Source: Eledone cirrhosa (taxonomy: Eukaryota). Taken from it: 64,000 nt of DNA. This document shows positions 47,293 to 61,043 of this stretch, piece by piece. The notes below the pieces were generated by a model, which saw only the letters and a list, made by a program, of their open reading frames with translations, was not told where the DNA came from and ran no database searches. Within the stretch, counting starts at the first letter, position 1, and each line of letters starts with the position of its first letter. The stretch lies in assembly GCA_964016885.1 (NCBI GenBank), contig OZ024740.1:406224001-406288000 (forward strand). Direction: 5' to 3'. A program made the translations under genes and the position numbers.

Positions 47293-48856
47293 TTCATCTT
47301 CACCATCACCATCATACGTCCGTTCTTCCACGCTAGCATGGGTTAGACGGGTTGTCCTGTTGTGGGCAGTGTCTGGTCGGCTGACCATGCCTTGCTCATA
47401 CAGGAACTGATTTGGCTTGATTTCTACAGCTCGATGCCCTTCCTAACACCAACCTCATTTACAGTGAGTGCTGGGTGCTTTTTCGTGGCGCCTACACGTC
47501 CACTTTACAGTGTGGGCTGGGTGCTTTTTTGCCGTGGCACCTCCACGACCACCTTGCGGTGGGGGGGTGTGGGGGCATATTGTCTATATGCTTCAGCTTA
47601 TACCCATGGGAGGTCGGGTACTCTGTATTACTGCGTGACGCCAGAAGTCACGATCGTGTGTCATTGTCTTTGAGAGGTGTAATTGGGTAAGGTCGGCTTT
47701 TATCACCTCATGCCAGGTCATCTTGGGTCTCCCCACTCCGCGGTTTCCATCAACTTCTAGTGCTCTGCACCTTTTTATGCAGCTGTCATCCTTCATACGC
47801 ATCACATATCCATACCAGCACAACCGCCTCTCCTGCACACAGCATTTGATTCCTATTATGCTCAGTCTCTCTCTCAATTCATTTATTCTTTGTCGTTCAC
47901 GTATATTACTGTTACACATCCATCGGAGCATGCAGGCTTCGTTTCTCTCTAATCTCCGTAAGTCTTCCACCTTCAGCGCCCAGGTCTCACTACCATGCAA
48001 CATCGCTGTTCGGATACACGCATCATACAGTCTGCCTTTCATTCTGAGGGAGAAGCCTTTTGCAGCTAGTAGTGGTAGTAATTCCCTAAACTTCTTCCAT
48101 CCCGTTCTTACCCTAGTTATTGTACTTTCTGAACACCCACCTCCGCTGCTAATTCGGTCACCTAGGTAGCAGAAGCTGTCTACTGTTTCTACAGGGCCCT
48201 CCCAGAGATTGGTGGTACTTGTTTCCTGTGGCTGTTTGCTGCTTGCTGTCTCAGCACAGCTGCTGCATGTGAATCCTACATTCTTAATTAAGCTTCCTGA
48301 GATCCCGCTACATCTCTTGTGTACCCATTGTTTGCATTTGGGGCAGAGAATGGAGTTCCTACCTACACCTTTCCTACATACTGAGCAAGGCCATTTCCCT
48401 GAGGGGATCTGGGTTCTGTTTTCTCATCTACTTACAAGGACCTTAGTCTTTGTCATGTTGACTTTGAGACCCTTTCTTTCTAGTCCCTACTTCCAAGTTT
48501 GGAATTTATTCTCTAGTTCTACCAGCTATGAGTGCGAGGTCATCAGCATACAGGAGTTCCCATGGGCATCCGGTCTTAAACTCCTCCGTGATTGCCAGCA
48601 GGACTATGATGAACAGGAGAGGGCTAAGAACAGAGCCCTGGTGGACCCCAACCTGTACGCTAAATTCCTCGCTATACTCATTGCTAATCCTAACTTTGCT
48701 GACTGCTCCCCTATACATGGCTTGTACCGCTTTCACAAGCCATTCATCTACTCCTAGTTTTCTAAGAGCCCACCAGATTACAGCACGTAGAACTCTGTCA
48801 AAGGCTTTCTCAAGGTCGACAAATGCCAAGTAGAGTGGCTTACTTTTAGCTAGGTT
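47293..48856 (-). mobile_element. RTE LINE subfamily A, 5'-truncated
   Basis: LAKSKPLYLAFVDLEKAFD, YADD, frameshift near 48520, 3'UTR nearly identical to 16150-16430. Confidence 0.96.
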
Positions 48857-49125
48857 ATCATTATGGCAGTCCACTTAGATGTAGTCCAGTTGGAGTAGTT
48901 CTTGTAGTGGATAGTATTAACGTGTGGCTTAGTTTGACTCAACAAGACGTTTCCATATTAATGGTGCGATGAAACAGACTGGTTATAAACAAAGTATTAG
49001 AGATCGATTGGTGCAAAATCAGGCGTATAGCGAACTCTAGACCTGCCAGATCAAAGAAACAATTGTCAGCAATGTGAATAAAGCCCTTATTGTATAGCGA
49101 ACCATGTCAATCTTTCTTGAATTAT
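48857..49125 (+). mobile_element. possible Penelope-like terminal repeat relic
   Basis: GAAAC-AATT-GTC (hammerhead stem III-like palindrome) at about 49056-49067, a degenerate CGATGA upstream, then AATAAA and (TA)n. Confidence 0.35.
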
Positions 49126-49639
49126 ATATATATATATATGCCTCGTCTAACCCAAGATAGCATGGAAAAGTAGATGTTAAACGGTGATGATGATATATAT
49201 ATATATATATATATTTATAGGAGTGAAGAATAACACAGATCAGTTATACAGTAGGGTTTATTCCAAGTATTAACAAATGTTTCATTGGTCCGGTGTGTCT
49301 AAAAATCGCTATCTGTAGTGCTGTTTTGACAATCAATTTTAAGTACAGTTACCACCACCGAAATTGTCAAAATACTAGTTTGGTACTGTTGGTACAACAC
49401 ATTTTATACCAGGGTGTACAGATAATGATATGAACAATAACAAGAAGAAAAGTATAGTGAGATGAGGGATAGTAAAATAATGGTATGAAAAGATAACATG
49501 AAAAATAGTAAGATGAAAAGACAATAAGATATCAAATAAAATAAGAATTGAAAGTAAAATAATAAGGAAATAAGTAAAAACTGGAGAGTGAGGATAGAAA
49601 ATAACATAAAACAAATATATAGATATAGGTATATACACA

Positions 49640-50085
49640 TGGCACAAAGCTTTCAAAGAGGGCCAAGAAAATGTTGAAGTTGTACTTCACTCTGAAAGGA
49701 CAATCTTGTTAACAAATGAACAAAATGTTGAAGTAGTGAGAGCAATGATGGTTAATCACACCTTCTACAAAGATGTCTTGGAGCAACTTAAAAAATGGGT
49801 CAAACGAGTCCGAAAGGACATTACAGGAGATTGGGTACTGCAGCATGATAACGTGCCAGTTCACACAGCACTTTCAATTAGAGAATTTCCACTCTTCCAC
49901 ATCTTCCCTACAGCCCAGATCTAGCTCATGGGATTTCTACTTCTTCCCTAACTTGAAATTGAAGGGTCATCATTTTGGGGTTGAGGAAAACAAAAAAAAT
50001 TGTAACTAACTAGTGAAGAACACCCACAGAAAATGACTTCTAGTACTGCTACGATCAATGGAAAAACATATTGTATGCAGGGACC
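49640..50085 (+). pseudogene. mariner (DD34D) transposase relic
   Basis: WHKAFKEGQENVE, VNHTFYKDVLEQL, WVLQHDNVPVHTALSIREF, LPHLPYSPDLA and DFYFFPNLK across frameshifts and deletions; TIRs not seen. Confidence 0.88.
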
Positions 50086-50139
50086 TATAATTCCTGAGAG
50101 AGTTGTGGAGGTGTTGTAATGACATACATTTTAAACCTG

Positions 50140-50375
50140 ATGGAGCCCATCCTCTCTCCAAGTCTGAACACAACCAATATCTTCCAGAAAAGGTGAGAAT
50201 GAGAGAGTGAAGAGAAGTAAGAGAGGTATAGAGGAAGAATTGACCCCAATACTGGACTGGTACTTTTTTATCAACTTCGAAAGGTTGACAGGCAATGCTA
50301 ATATTGGTAAGTTTTGAACTCAGAGCACAGAGAGGTGGAACAAATATCACAAAGCATTCTCGCCAATTTGCTGCA
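50140..50375 (-). mobile_element. SINE family A with alternative pyrimidine-rich tail
   Basis: Family A core joined to a TCCAGAAAAGG...GAGAGA...AATTGACCCCA block also seen at 40600-40660 and 53610-53685. Confidence 0.7.
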
Positions 50376-51902
50376 TATATCTTGATACCAACCCACCTAA
50401 AACTGCTTCTGTATCTATGAAACAAAACCAACCATTGAAATTAAAATCTAACATAATTTTATACAAGGACCATATGTTCAATTTCAAAGAAAGAGTCTGA
50501 TCATGAAGGACAGTGGACTCATTTTCAACAGGTCACCACATTAAGTGCCGACTGACCAATGATGTTTATATTTACCTATTAATTTCTTAGTTTGATATTT
50601 CATTGAATAGTTCTACAAATTTTCCTAATTACAAGAATTAGAGGTGAAAACATCCATATATGTTAACCATTGTTTTATAGAATTATTAATTACTTTTACC
50701 AGCAAGACTAAGCAAAAAAAAGTAAAGCAATTGTACCTCAACGTTTGCTGTGTTAAACTCATAACCTGTCTTAGTAACTCAACAACTTCATCATTCAACC
50801 ATGTTTAGAATGTTTGCCTTCATGTCTTATGTAATCTCAACCCACAATAATCTAGAGTGGCTGCCAATCACACAGCAATAATGAAGAACACATGGAACAA
50901 ATCCTTTCACAAACCAGAAGACAGAAAGCTGTGTTACACTATACATTTCTTCAACTAAAATATTGCTTTTAGGTAAGATACTTTCAAAAGTAGGTTTCAA
51001 ACTCTAAAATTGTACACCTAATTATCTGCAATCATGTTTAGCAACACCTTTTAATATACACAGGCTAAACTTATTTACTTGGGGATCATGATTGTTTTTT
51101 GTTTTTTTTTGTGATTATTAAACCTGGAGGCTCAGTTACTACTATTACTACCTTAACTATAGCAAGCCTTCACTCTACAAAATCAGTGTTGCTATTTTGT
51201 TTTGTTTTATTTTTTTTGCTAAATGCTTTTCCAAATGTGACTTTTTCCTTTGCAACATGGAAGAAGTAACTACTTATATCTCTTCCATGTCACAGTTGTT
51301 TGATTAGCACTTAAAACATAAATGCATCTACTCTCCACATCAAGCCCCTACTGTGCCTATCTGCTTTAACTCAGCATATAACAATTTGTCTAACATTTTC
51401 AAAGAAACACACCTTTCTAGATCCCATCCTTTCTGTTCACATTCTCCCCTTCTGGCAATAAACTGTAAAAATTTAAATTGAACATTAATTACACTAACTA
51501 CAATCCAATTATCTGTATCCTGCAATCTAGGGTAGTTTGAAAACATTATATACACTACAGTCTCTTTCAGACTAATAAAAAAGAAACAAAATTGTCATTA
51601 TTCTGTCAACAGTTAGAAAACAGGATATCTAGCAGTACTATTTAGCAGGCCTTTTTATTCAATCATTATTCTAATTGCCCTGTAAAATATTATCCCCCTC
51701 CTCATCATTTTTTTCATGCTGCCAACAATTTAAGTCTGAAATCAATAATTCATGTTCACTTCAGTTAGTTTCCTCTTGAGACCAATATTTTATGAGTTTA
51801 TAGGATCTGACAGAAAGATAGAAAATAATAAACAAAAAAAATTAATTATTTAGTCTCTCATAAATGAGAGCAGTTTGCTCTTTATCACTCTTTCAAATTT
51901 TT

Positions 51903-51954
51903 GGAGGTGTGTGGGAGGAGGTGTGTGGGAGGAGGTGTGTGGGAGGAGGTGGGG
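51903..51954 (+). repeat. 14-bp G-rich minisatellite (GGAGGAGGTGTGTG, about 3.5 units)
   Basis: Directly visible; four G3+ runs, so possible G-quadruplex. Confidence 0.85.
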
Positions 51955-53599
51955 TTATTTCCTTTCAAACCACTATTTCTAAGTTGCATCAAGTTTATAC
52001 TTTATCAAGCCATATGAAAAATATATAATGAACTGTCAATAAGCATATAAAAGCAACAATGCAAGAGCTAAAGAATGCCTTGCAGTATTTGTTCAAATTT
52101 CCTGTGATCTTGGTTCAAATCCTGTCAGGATCAACTTTGCATCTCATCCTTTCAGGGTTAATAAATAAAATATTAGTCATGTATTGATTTTCTCTTTCCC
52201 TCTCTCTCTCTCTGAATCAGCTATATCGTGCCATGAGAAGGGTCATGCATCCCTTTCTCCAGGAATGAAGAAATGTTGAGCAAAGGGCTACCAAGCTCTT
52301 CTCATAGAAAAACTTACATGGTTCCAAGGGCTTGTTTAACCCATGCCATCATAGAAAAATGGTCTTAAAAATGATGAAAAAGATGAAAGGAAGGGCTGTA
52401 AGCATTGAAGCTGGGGTCAAACTAACTGAAATGAAAAACAACAATGGTGTGTATTTACAATTTAAATTTACTAATGGTAAAAAATTGATAGTTTTATTGT
52501 TTCTTTTTAACTCTAAACATTCTGCACCACATGAAACAGTGTTAGCAAGACATTCTAGAAAAGTACAAAACAACACTATAACTGCACCACATTAAAAATT
52601 AATGTCTTTACTCTAACACTGCAAGTAAAGACACTATAAACATTTGAATTAACAAACCTATAATTTAAGAGGTTCAGAGTTAATCCTATAACAACTGGCT
52701 GTCTTAAGAATTGTCAAAGCTGTGCAGCAAGTATAGAAATGCCTGAATTCATAGTTTTCTTTTCAGCTATATCAGTCTCTTCCATAGGAGAGAAAGCAAC
52801 ATATGGAATTAGTTTAGCAGTGAGAGTGAATAAAAGAGTATAAACAACCCATTTGTTCTCAGGACTGCATGCACTCTTAATTTTTTTTGTTTCTTCACAT
52901 GTTGGTTAATTAAAAGCACCACAAAATGAAGATTTAGTTTGTGAACATTAGGGCAAATCAATGCAACAATAAACCATACAGGATATGTGTTAAGACCTTT
53001 GAATATTCATTAAGGTAAAATCTCACAGTATGCAGTTTAAATCTGTTAACAAGGCCAAAGATAAATACACACTTGCCACCAAGAAGCTATTTACTAACAG
53101 AAGAGATTTATCAATTTGGTTATCTTCTTTGAACATTCTCATTTATTAGTGTAGAGCAATATAGATGAGAAACACTTGTTCTTTACCAATACACTAGATG
53201 TGGTTTTTGATAACAATAATAAAAAGGTTTAATTCACCAACACATCACTAATTTGATAGAGCTGATTGATGTACATAATATTTCCCTAAGATTTCTGTGT
53301 TATCATTAAATTTTCAAGTTTCTTTCACTATCCAGCTATTTCCTACTACTTTGCATTTCAACATCTTCAAATTTATCCTGGATGTTCTGTACCACCACTC
53401 ACCCAAGATAACAACTCATATTTGAGGAAGGGCCACATTTTTTCATTCAATAAATTATTTCAACCAGGCCTCTCACTCAATTGTACATCCAGTAGTTCAT
53501 TTCTCACTTCACTGCACTCTTCAATATTTATTGACATAGCTGTTCTGTGGTTTTAAAAGATATGTTATGAAGGTAAAAGTGAAATATTCTACTACAACA

Positions 53600-53805
53600 A
53601 TGTAGCTGATTTCTTCCAGAGAAGGAGAGAGAGAGAGATAGAAAGGAAGTGAAAAAGAAATATAAAGAAAGAATCAACCCCAGTACTGGAGTGGTACTTT
53701 CTTTAGCAGCCTCAATAGGATGAAAGGCAAGGTAGACCTCAGTGGGTTTTGAATGAATACCACAAAGCATTCTATCCAACAACTCAGCCAATTTGCCATC
53801 TCTAC
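53600..53805 (-). mobile_element. SINE family A with alternative tail
   Basis: GGATGAAAGGCAAGGT core and head GCCAATTTGCCA. Confidence 0.7.
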
Positions 53806-55864
53806 TCAACAATAGGTTATTGTCAATCCTAATCACAATACTATCCCAATTTGTATACAAATAGGTAGAGTTTACTTCAAGTAAACTATTACAGACCTAT
53901 ATACACCACACTTACTACTCTGTAATTGTGTATTTGCTGTCAGTTTCTATAAATGCTTTTGTACCATTTCTGAACCAACTGTTTCTACTGCTTATATAAA
54001 TGTGTGTGGCTACAAAATTTACTCTCATGTAATGTATTTAACACCATAACTTATTTTGCAGCTATTTTCCCCCTTTATCTTCAAACCACACTCAGTGCTC
54101 TTTAATTATGTCTGTAACAGTACCTATATAATTTACATATAGGAAGTCCCAATTCTAAATTCATATCAGGGGACACCCAATTCTCAACATAGATTTAGAA
54201 CTTGTAAACAAAGCAGACAATCACATACAAAATGAACCACCACCACCCTCCAAAAAAAGTTGAGAACCTGATCCCTGATGTGTATCCAGTTAAATGTCAA
54301 GCCTCTTACTGAATAAAGTAGAAAACTCTGAATCTAGCTCTAGCAGCATTAATGATAGTTTTTTTTTTTTTACAATCAGAAAAAAGTCAAGATTATATAA
54401 CATTCTATATTTTGTGTGTGTATGTTCAAAACTTGTTGGGGCTATGGGTCAGTAGTAGTTTCCAGTGGTTGAAAGTTCTATGCCAATTATGTAATGGAGT
54501 TGTAGTTGCAGCAGAATAATATAGAAACTACAGAATATGACGGCTGCAGCCTGATGATGTCCATCACCTTTGTACCAGTAATTGGAGCAGGTTGGCTGTT
54601 GTTTGACTGAGAAGGCTGGGCATGGTTTTGAAGGATGTGTTTGAATTTCATTTATGGCTGTTGTGGTATAGTATAGTTTGGTGAGCAAGGTTGATGGTAG
54701 AATTATCATTTGTGTTTGTAGACAAGCAGGGTTTTCATTCAGATTTGCATACATTCTATCAGGCAGTTCCGTTGATTAAACACCTGGAACATTCATCATT
54801 GAAACCAAACAGAAGTTCATCAAATCAAATAAACTGGACAAATGTAAATAAATGCTTTTTTTTTCTTTTTTCTCATTTCTTCATGGACAGAGAAAATGAG
54901 ATTAGCCTGACAGTTTTGAACCTAGATGGAATTCCTATATACGTCACCAGTGATGGAAATGAAGGTGAGGTATGCAGGACAACAGCATTCCCCTACTTTT
55001 CTGTTTCTCGTGGAGGTGAGGGAGCTTGTAGTGTCAACTCCCTTCTCTTTCCCAACCTCAGGTTCATGGACTTTAGCATAGCCCTATATTTGAAACCAAT
55101 TTCAATCCCTGCATATCACAGTAATGGATAAAAACTTGTACATTTTGTCACAGTAGGTATCATATAGTACATTTACATAATCCATAATAAGCTGCTTAAT
55201 GCATCAATAATTAATTAATAGCTGTTCTCAAAGCAATTAACAAGATTTTTAATGAGAATCTGGAAGACCAAATCCAGCTCTGTTTCTATGAAACAAAACC
55301 ACCTATTTTAAACTAAAATCTTCCAACATAATTTTGTAACAGTACCATATATTAAGTTACTTATCTTAGTAATGAAATAATAATAATTATAGTAAATCCC
55401 TCAAAATTCTTCATTAAGCAATTGAAATGGTGTATTTCATTAAAAATACAGTTACAAATGGATTAAAAACATAATACCATTTATTATATATTCAATCCCT
55501 CTTTGGATTGCCTTGATTAAATGGAGACAATGTAGAGCAGTTAATACCCGTCAATCATGTGAATCCCAAGGCAAACTCACAATTGTTGATGCCATGATAA
55601 AATACACCCAATCTACTCTGTAAAATAGTAGTGTTAGTGCAACAGTAGAAAGTACTCAGTGCACTCTGTAAGGTGATTGGCAGTGTTCAAAAATTGAATA
55701 TATGAATGAGACAAAGTTCTCTAATCCATCCAGTCTGAAACTATGGCAAGTAGAAGTAAAATGAAATTATGATTCACTAGGGTTTTCTACTTTGTGAAAC
55801 ATAACCGAAGTGAAGCTGCTTAAAAAATATAAGAATTTAAATTAAAGTGGATGTGTTAGAACTA

Positions 55865-55998
55865 TGACAAAAAGTACCCAGACCACTTTGTAAAGTGGTT
55901 GTGCTGGTGCCCCAACAAAAAGCACTCAGCCTACTCTGTAAGATGGTACTGCTGGTGCCACAAAAAAAAGCACCCAGTACACTCAGTAAAGAGGGTGG
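55865..55998 (+). repeat. solitary degenerate array of the RTE 3'UTR ~48-bp unit
   Basis: Three units AAAAAGYACYCAG..CACTYTGTAARGTGGT..GCTGGTGCC; related pieces at 19640-19730, 40995-41102 and 55590-55685. Confidence 0.7.
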
Positions 55999-58027
55999 TG
56001 GACTTGACATGGTCCCTTTACCTGTCTAACCTCATATTGTGACAGGTTAGATAGACTGTCACAGAAGGAAAATACACATTAAACAGTGATAATGGTGATG
56101 ATCTTACTCACTTATATGCATATATTTAGAAAGGAATTCTTGTTATCTCTGTAATTCATATATAAATATATTCAGCTAATTTACTAGCTTAATGACTGTT
56201 GCCCTTACTGTTGTCATATCAAACAGAAATTGTTCCCAACGGTATACTTTTACTAATTTTATATAATTACAGAGATGGGATGGAGCACAAGAGAGAGTGG
56301 GACAGAAGAAAATTATATGGATGAGTGGTGGGAGTGTTAAGAAGGGGTGGTAGATTATCAATTTGATAGGTTAGCTTGTTGTTATGTAGTGATATGAAGG
56401 AAACAAGAATGTGGGGAGTGGTTATCATGCCATCAAGTAATTATAAATAAGCATTGTTATATTTTTGGTAAATATCTCTATGGAATATAACAAGTTGTTT
56501 ACTTAGAAAGATTACACATGCAGATGTATGAACAGTATAAAACTAGTCAGTAACAGTCTAAAAGAGATATACATGTCTTCTGGAACTTCCCTTTTAAATT
56601 ATAGCTACATCACAATGACCAATGTGGTGGTTGTTGTGACATACTAAAGAAGGTGATCCTAAAGATTTTACTAGGCAAATAGTTAAATAGTTCTATTCTT
56701 ATAACAGCTATTTGTCATAAATGTTCAAATGAATGTCTCAATGTGACTGACCTACTACAAATAACAGTCAAATTTCACTCAAATAATGTCCCATTGTCAT
56801 ATGAATGGAAGTACACATTGAATATTGTAGTCCTCGATACAGTATGCCAAAAAATAAAAAAGTATAAATAAAAAGAAATACAGCAAGATTACAGTTGGAA
56901 TACCTTTGATCATTGGTCTGCTCAAATAGGATTGATCTGGGGTTAAACACAATCAATTATTTGTAACTAGTGGACCAGTACTGTCAATAATGAGAGTAAT
57001 AGTGTTGAGCATTTTAATATTAGGAGTCCAGGATTGGTATGCTATATATACCAAATTTGCATTTTGATAAATTCATGGTTTGCATAAGAGAAATCCTACA
57101 GTTTATATTGATTACTGACACATGGAAGTAATTAAAGATAAAAATCATATTTTAATAATTTATTACTAGGATCTGATTATATAAATGTTCAGCATACATG
57201 TGCAGATGAAATATAGATTAAATGTATGAGTAACTTTGAAGAAATAACTATTTATTGGGACAAATGTAAAGAAGAGAACCCAGGACCTTGTGATTGGAAA
57301 GCAAACTTATTGTAGCAACATGACTGAGATAGGAAATAAATTGTGTGTGTTTGTATGTTTGTGGTATAAATTTTAAAGAGTTACAGTTGGAAATATATAT
57401 ACTGTTATGGTTTATAATGCTATTGGAGCTGTGACTTTAACAAATAGTAGACAGCTTCAGTTAAAAAAAAAAGAAGAACCTAAATGACTAACAGTGGTAG
57501 GACAGCAAAATATTTATACCAGTGACAATCTCTTTTCAGAATATCTCCTTTTACCATACAACCAATGATAAAACCATCAGTTAACTTTAAAGATAGCCAA
57601 GAAATGAAGCAGAGAGACATAGTAATAGAATCTTTAGTAAGAGAAAAATATTAACTAAAGTCTTAAGTTTAAATTCACTAATAGATTACTAACAGTCAAC
57701 CCTTAGCATAATGGTAATGCACTTGCATGGTATTCAAGAGATACAAGGTTTGATTCCTTGTAGGGGTCTCTGTTCACATTTTGGTCTAACCTTTGCCAGC
57801 AGGGAAAAATTATGTTAAATGATGATTATGATACTAATGGATCTTGAGTTAAAATTCAGAGGAGACCATTTATTATGTAAGTAGAGTGTTGCCCCTTCAA
57901 GTGACAAGTATATCTGGTAAGATATGTTTGGCACTGTGGGTAATAATAGGTAAATAAATAAAAATGCATAAATGTATTGATAAAAATAAACTAAATAAAT
58001 TCACTACCCTTGTAACATTACAAATGT

Positions 58028-58286
58028 GAAGGTGTGTGATTACTAGTTAGGGTGTTCGGCTCAGGATTGCAAGGTCATGAGTTCAATTTCCATGGTGGCA
58101 CATTTTGTCCCAGAACAAGACAGTTTATTTCATATTGCTTCAGTCCACACCGCTGGCAAAAAGGAGTTGTACCTGTAATACAATGGGCCAGCCTTGTTAC
58201 ACCCTATATCATGCTGAATTTCCCTGAGAACTACATCCAGGGTGCACATGTCTATGGAATACTCAGCCACTTGCACGTTAATTTCA
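58028..58286 (+). mobile_element. tRNA-derived SINE family B variant
   Basis: Head GAAGGTGTGTGATTACTAGTTAGGG, B-box GAGTTCAATT, core TTTATTTCATATTGCTTCAGTCCAC. Confidence 0.75.
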
Positions 58287-58644
58287 GTTCATCGAGAAAA
58301 AAAATGGTAGATTTTAATACATATTAAAAATATAGTTTTAAAATAAAGCAGCAGTTTGAGAAAAAGGAAACCAAAAATTTGAGAAAGGAATTTATATTTT
58401 AATATGTGTTTATTCCATTTGTCAAAAAGGGCAAGATGACAAGTTTGTCTGCATGTGTAAGTGTGCATGTCTCCAGTATTCTTTCATATCTCTCTCATTA
58501 TTTACTTGCTACTTTAGTCAGTATGTATACTCCTACTTTGCCCTTTTTGTAAATTTTTCTCCACTCCTATTTTACTCTCAATTTATGCGATATAAAGTGT
58601 GACATATGGAATTAAACCAACCAACACACTGGGTTATTATATAC

Positions 58645-59225
58645 ACAGGCAGAATCAACAGAGCTTTGGATAAAATGCTTTGCAGCATTTGTCCGGCTCT
58701 TTACATTCTGAGTTCAAATCCTGTTGAAGTTAACTTTTGTTTTCATCCTTCATCAAATACTGGAATCAACATAATTAATTCTCCCCTCCCAAAGAATTGC
58801 AGGCCTTGTGTCTAGATTAGAAATTATATACTAGAGAAAGGCATTGCACTAAACTCAAAATATTTCAGTTGATCTGCTCAAGAGTGGTTATTCCAAGAGG
58901 AAGATTTCACACAGCAGCAGAACAACATCAGAGACAGAAGTTCTAAATAAGACATTTCAGTTATCAGATGATAAACTTCTTTTTTTGTTTAATTCTGCAC
59001 AGTAAAAGGCAGCGAATTGGCAGAGTTGTTAGAGCATAGTATAAAATACCGAGTGGTATTTGTTTCAGCTCTCTGCACTGAGTGCAATACCTACCAGGTC
59101 ATCTTTTTACTTTTCATCCTTCTGGAGATCAATAAAATAAAGTCCAGGTCAGTGGACCAGTGGAATTGTTGGAGTGGAGCATCAGACAAGATGGCTTGTG
59201 GTAATTGGTTTGAGTTTATGTTATG
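58645..59225 (+). mobile_element. degenerate family A SINE copies (58645-58827 and 59005-59225)
   Basis: GGCAGAAT/TTGGCAGAGTTGTTAGAGCA heads, GAGTTCAAATCC and TTTTCATCCTT cores. Confidence 0.7.
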
Positions 59226-59993
59226 ATTTTCTTGGGTGGTTAACCTAAGCTGGTGCCTGCTTTAACACCATCATCTGGCATTTGTGTGCCTTTACCAGTT
59301 GCAAGCATTGAAGCTAGGCCTCAATGTTTCTCTCCAAACAGTCTCAGAAGCCCATAAAAGAATCATGGACACTTCTCTTCCCTCCTTGTCGAAAACAGTA
59401 AAAACAAAAGATAAATTTGGAAAAAAAAAAAAAAAGAGTTGACTGAAGTTAATTTGGAAACTTCAGAGCTAAACCGATTAAACTTTGTTGTCCTTACACA
59501 AAATCACATTTTCTACATTGATATCAATCTACTTAACCGTTAAAGAGGTCCTACAACCATATCAAAATGTACTCTGGTTAACTTTATAAAGAACATATAA
59601 TTAGATATGATTTAACTTATGAAAATATCAATATACTAAACTTAGACTGAAGGAAACGAAACAAAAATACAATCAAAATAACCGTTGTCAGAACTGCAAG
59701 GCCCAAGAAAATATAGATCAAAGATTGATTCTAAAAATGTGCAGAATTACTTTGCAAGCAACATTACAATTACTTAGATCATTATTACTGAAATTTCACA
59801 GAAAGTAATAGATTTATTGTTTCCTTCAATCGAAATTTCCCATGTTATTTCTTTCAGCTTTTGTGTTAGCCACAATAATGGGAAAAGATGCTACCAGCAC
59901 CAATAGTAATATTGGTTGCTTAATTAAATGTAACACAAATTTGATTAAATAGAAAAAAATGTAGTTTTTGGACATTACTATTCCAATAATGTA

Positions 59994-60360
59994 TATTCGT
60001 GCTTTGTAGACCTTGAAAAAGCATATGACCGCATTCCTCGGGACGTGCTGTGGAAGCTTTCTGCAGGAGTAGGGGGTTGATGGTCAGCTTCTTGTTGCCA
60101 TGATGTCTCTATATGAATGCCCAAGTATTTGTATCCGGATAAATGGTGTTAAATCAAAAACCTTCAATGTGGGAGTCAGACTCCGCCAAGGGTGCATACT
60201 GTCACCTCTCCTGAATCCCGCCGAGGTTAACTTTGCCTTTCATCCTTACGGGGTCGATAAAATAAAGTACCAGTGGTACACTGGGATAATTGCTAGCCTT
60301 GTGCCAAAAGTAGAAACAATTATTTTTATGAACAGGGTTGACATGCACAGCTGGGTTGGA
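59994..60360 (+). mobile_element. old RTE RT fragment interrupted by a family A SINE (60214-60320)
   Basis: CFVDLEKAYDRIPRDVLWK...VGVRLRQGCILSPLL, then the SINE, then IIFMNRV. Confidence 0.85.
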
Positions 60361-60682
60361 AGTACTGGAACAGAATTAAATATTTGGAAGAAGAATTTCT
60401 CACTTAGAATCAGGGTGATATGGAAATGGAATGCGATTGCAAAAAGGATGAACATCACCTAAAGATATTTTAACAACAGAAAAAAAGTTAGTTTTAACAA
60501 TGAAGATTCACCAAGAGCTTGCCTCCTGCTCTTCAGTAATCACTATTAGAAACAATTGGAGAAAAATAACCAACAAGAAATCTTTCTATATATTCATTAG
60601 ACATCTTCAATGTAGTAGTCAAATTTCTTTCAATAATCTACATACAAATTTAAAACAAACAAAAAAATGCTGATTTTCAGTC

Positions 60683-61043
60683 TTAACCTTTTTGATATCA
60701 ACCCACCTGAAACTGCCTCGAGTTCTGAATAAGTTACCTGTTTATTTTAAAGTGTTTATAGTTATATAAAAACTTCCCATCACAATGTTATGTAAAAACC
60801 ATTAAGCTTGAAACTGCCCCTTGTTCTATGAAAAAAGCTGTGTACTTTAAAATTTTAATATTCATCTAAAAATTGTTAGTCATAATTTCACGTAACAACT
60901 TTTGTTAAGTTTTGTTCCAAATATCAGCTTAATAGGAAAGTTAGTTATATTACTAAATCTCTCCAAATTCTTGATTATTTTAAAAATTACTTAAAAATCA
61001 TAGGCAGTGTTTTTCATTAGAAATAAAGCAATGAAAGAGTTAA
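60683..61043. mobile_element. MITE family P2 with internal duplication
   Basis: TTAA-CCTTTTTGATATCA...AATGAAAGAG-TTAA; the TGAAACTGCC block occurs twice (about 60708 and 60809). Confidence 0.75.

Noticed and set aside
49375-49656. Hydrophobic ORFs resembling membrane proteins
   Set aside because: Reverse translation of a low-complexity A/G-rich tract; the Ile/Leu/Phe bias is compositional.
50738-50810. Protein-like minus frame WLNDEVVELLRQVMSLTQQTLR ending at a GT
   Set aside because: Preceded by an in-frame stop with no acceptor, and the donor (GTACAA) is weak.
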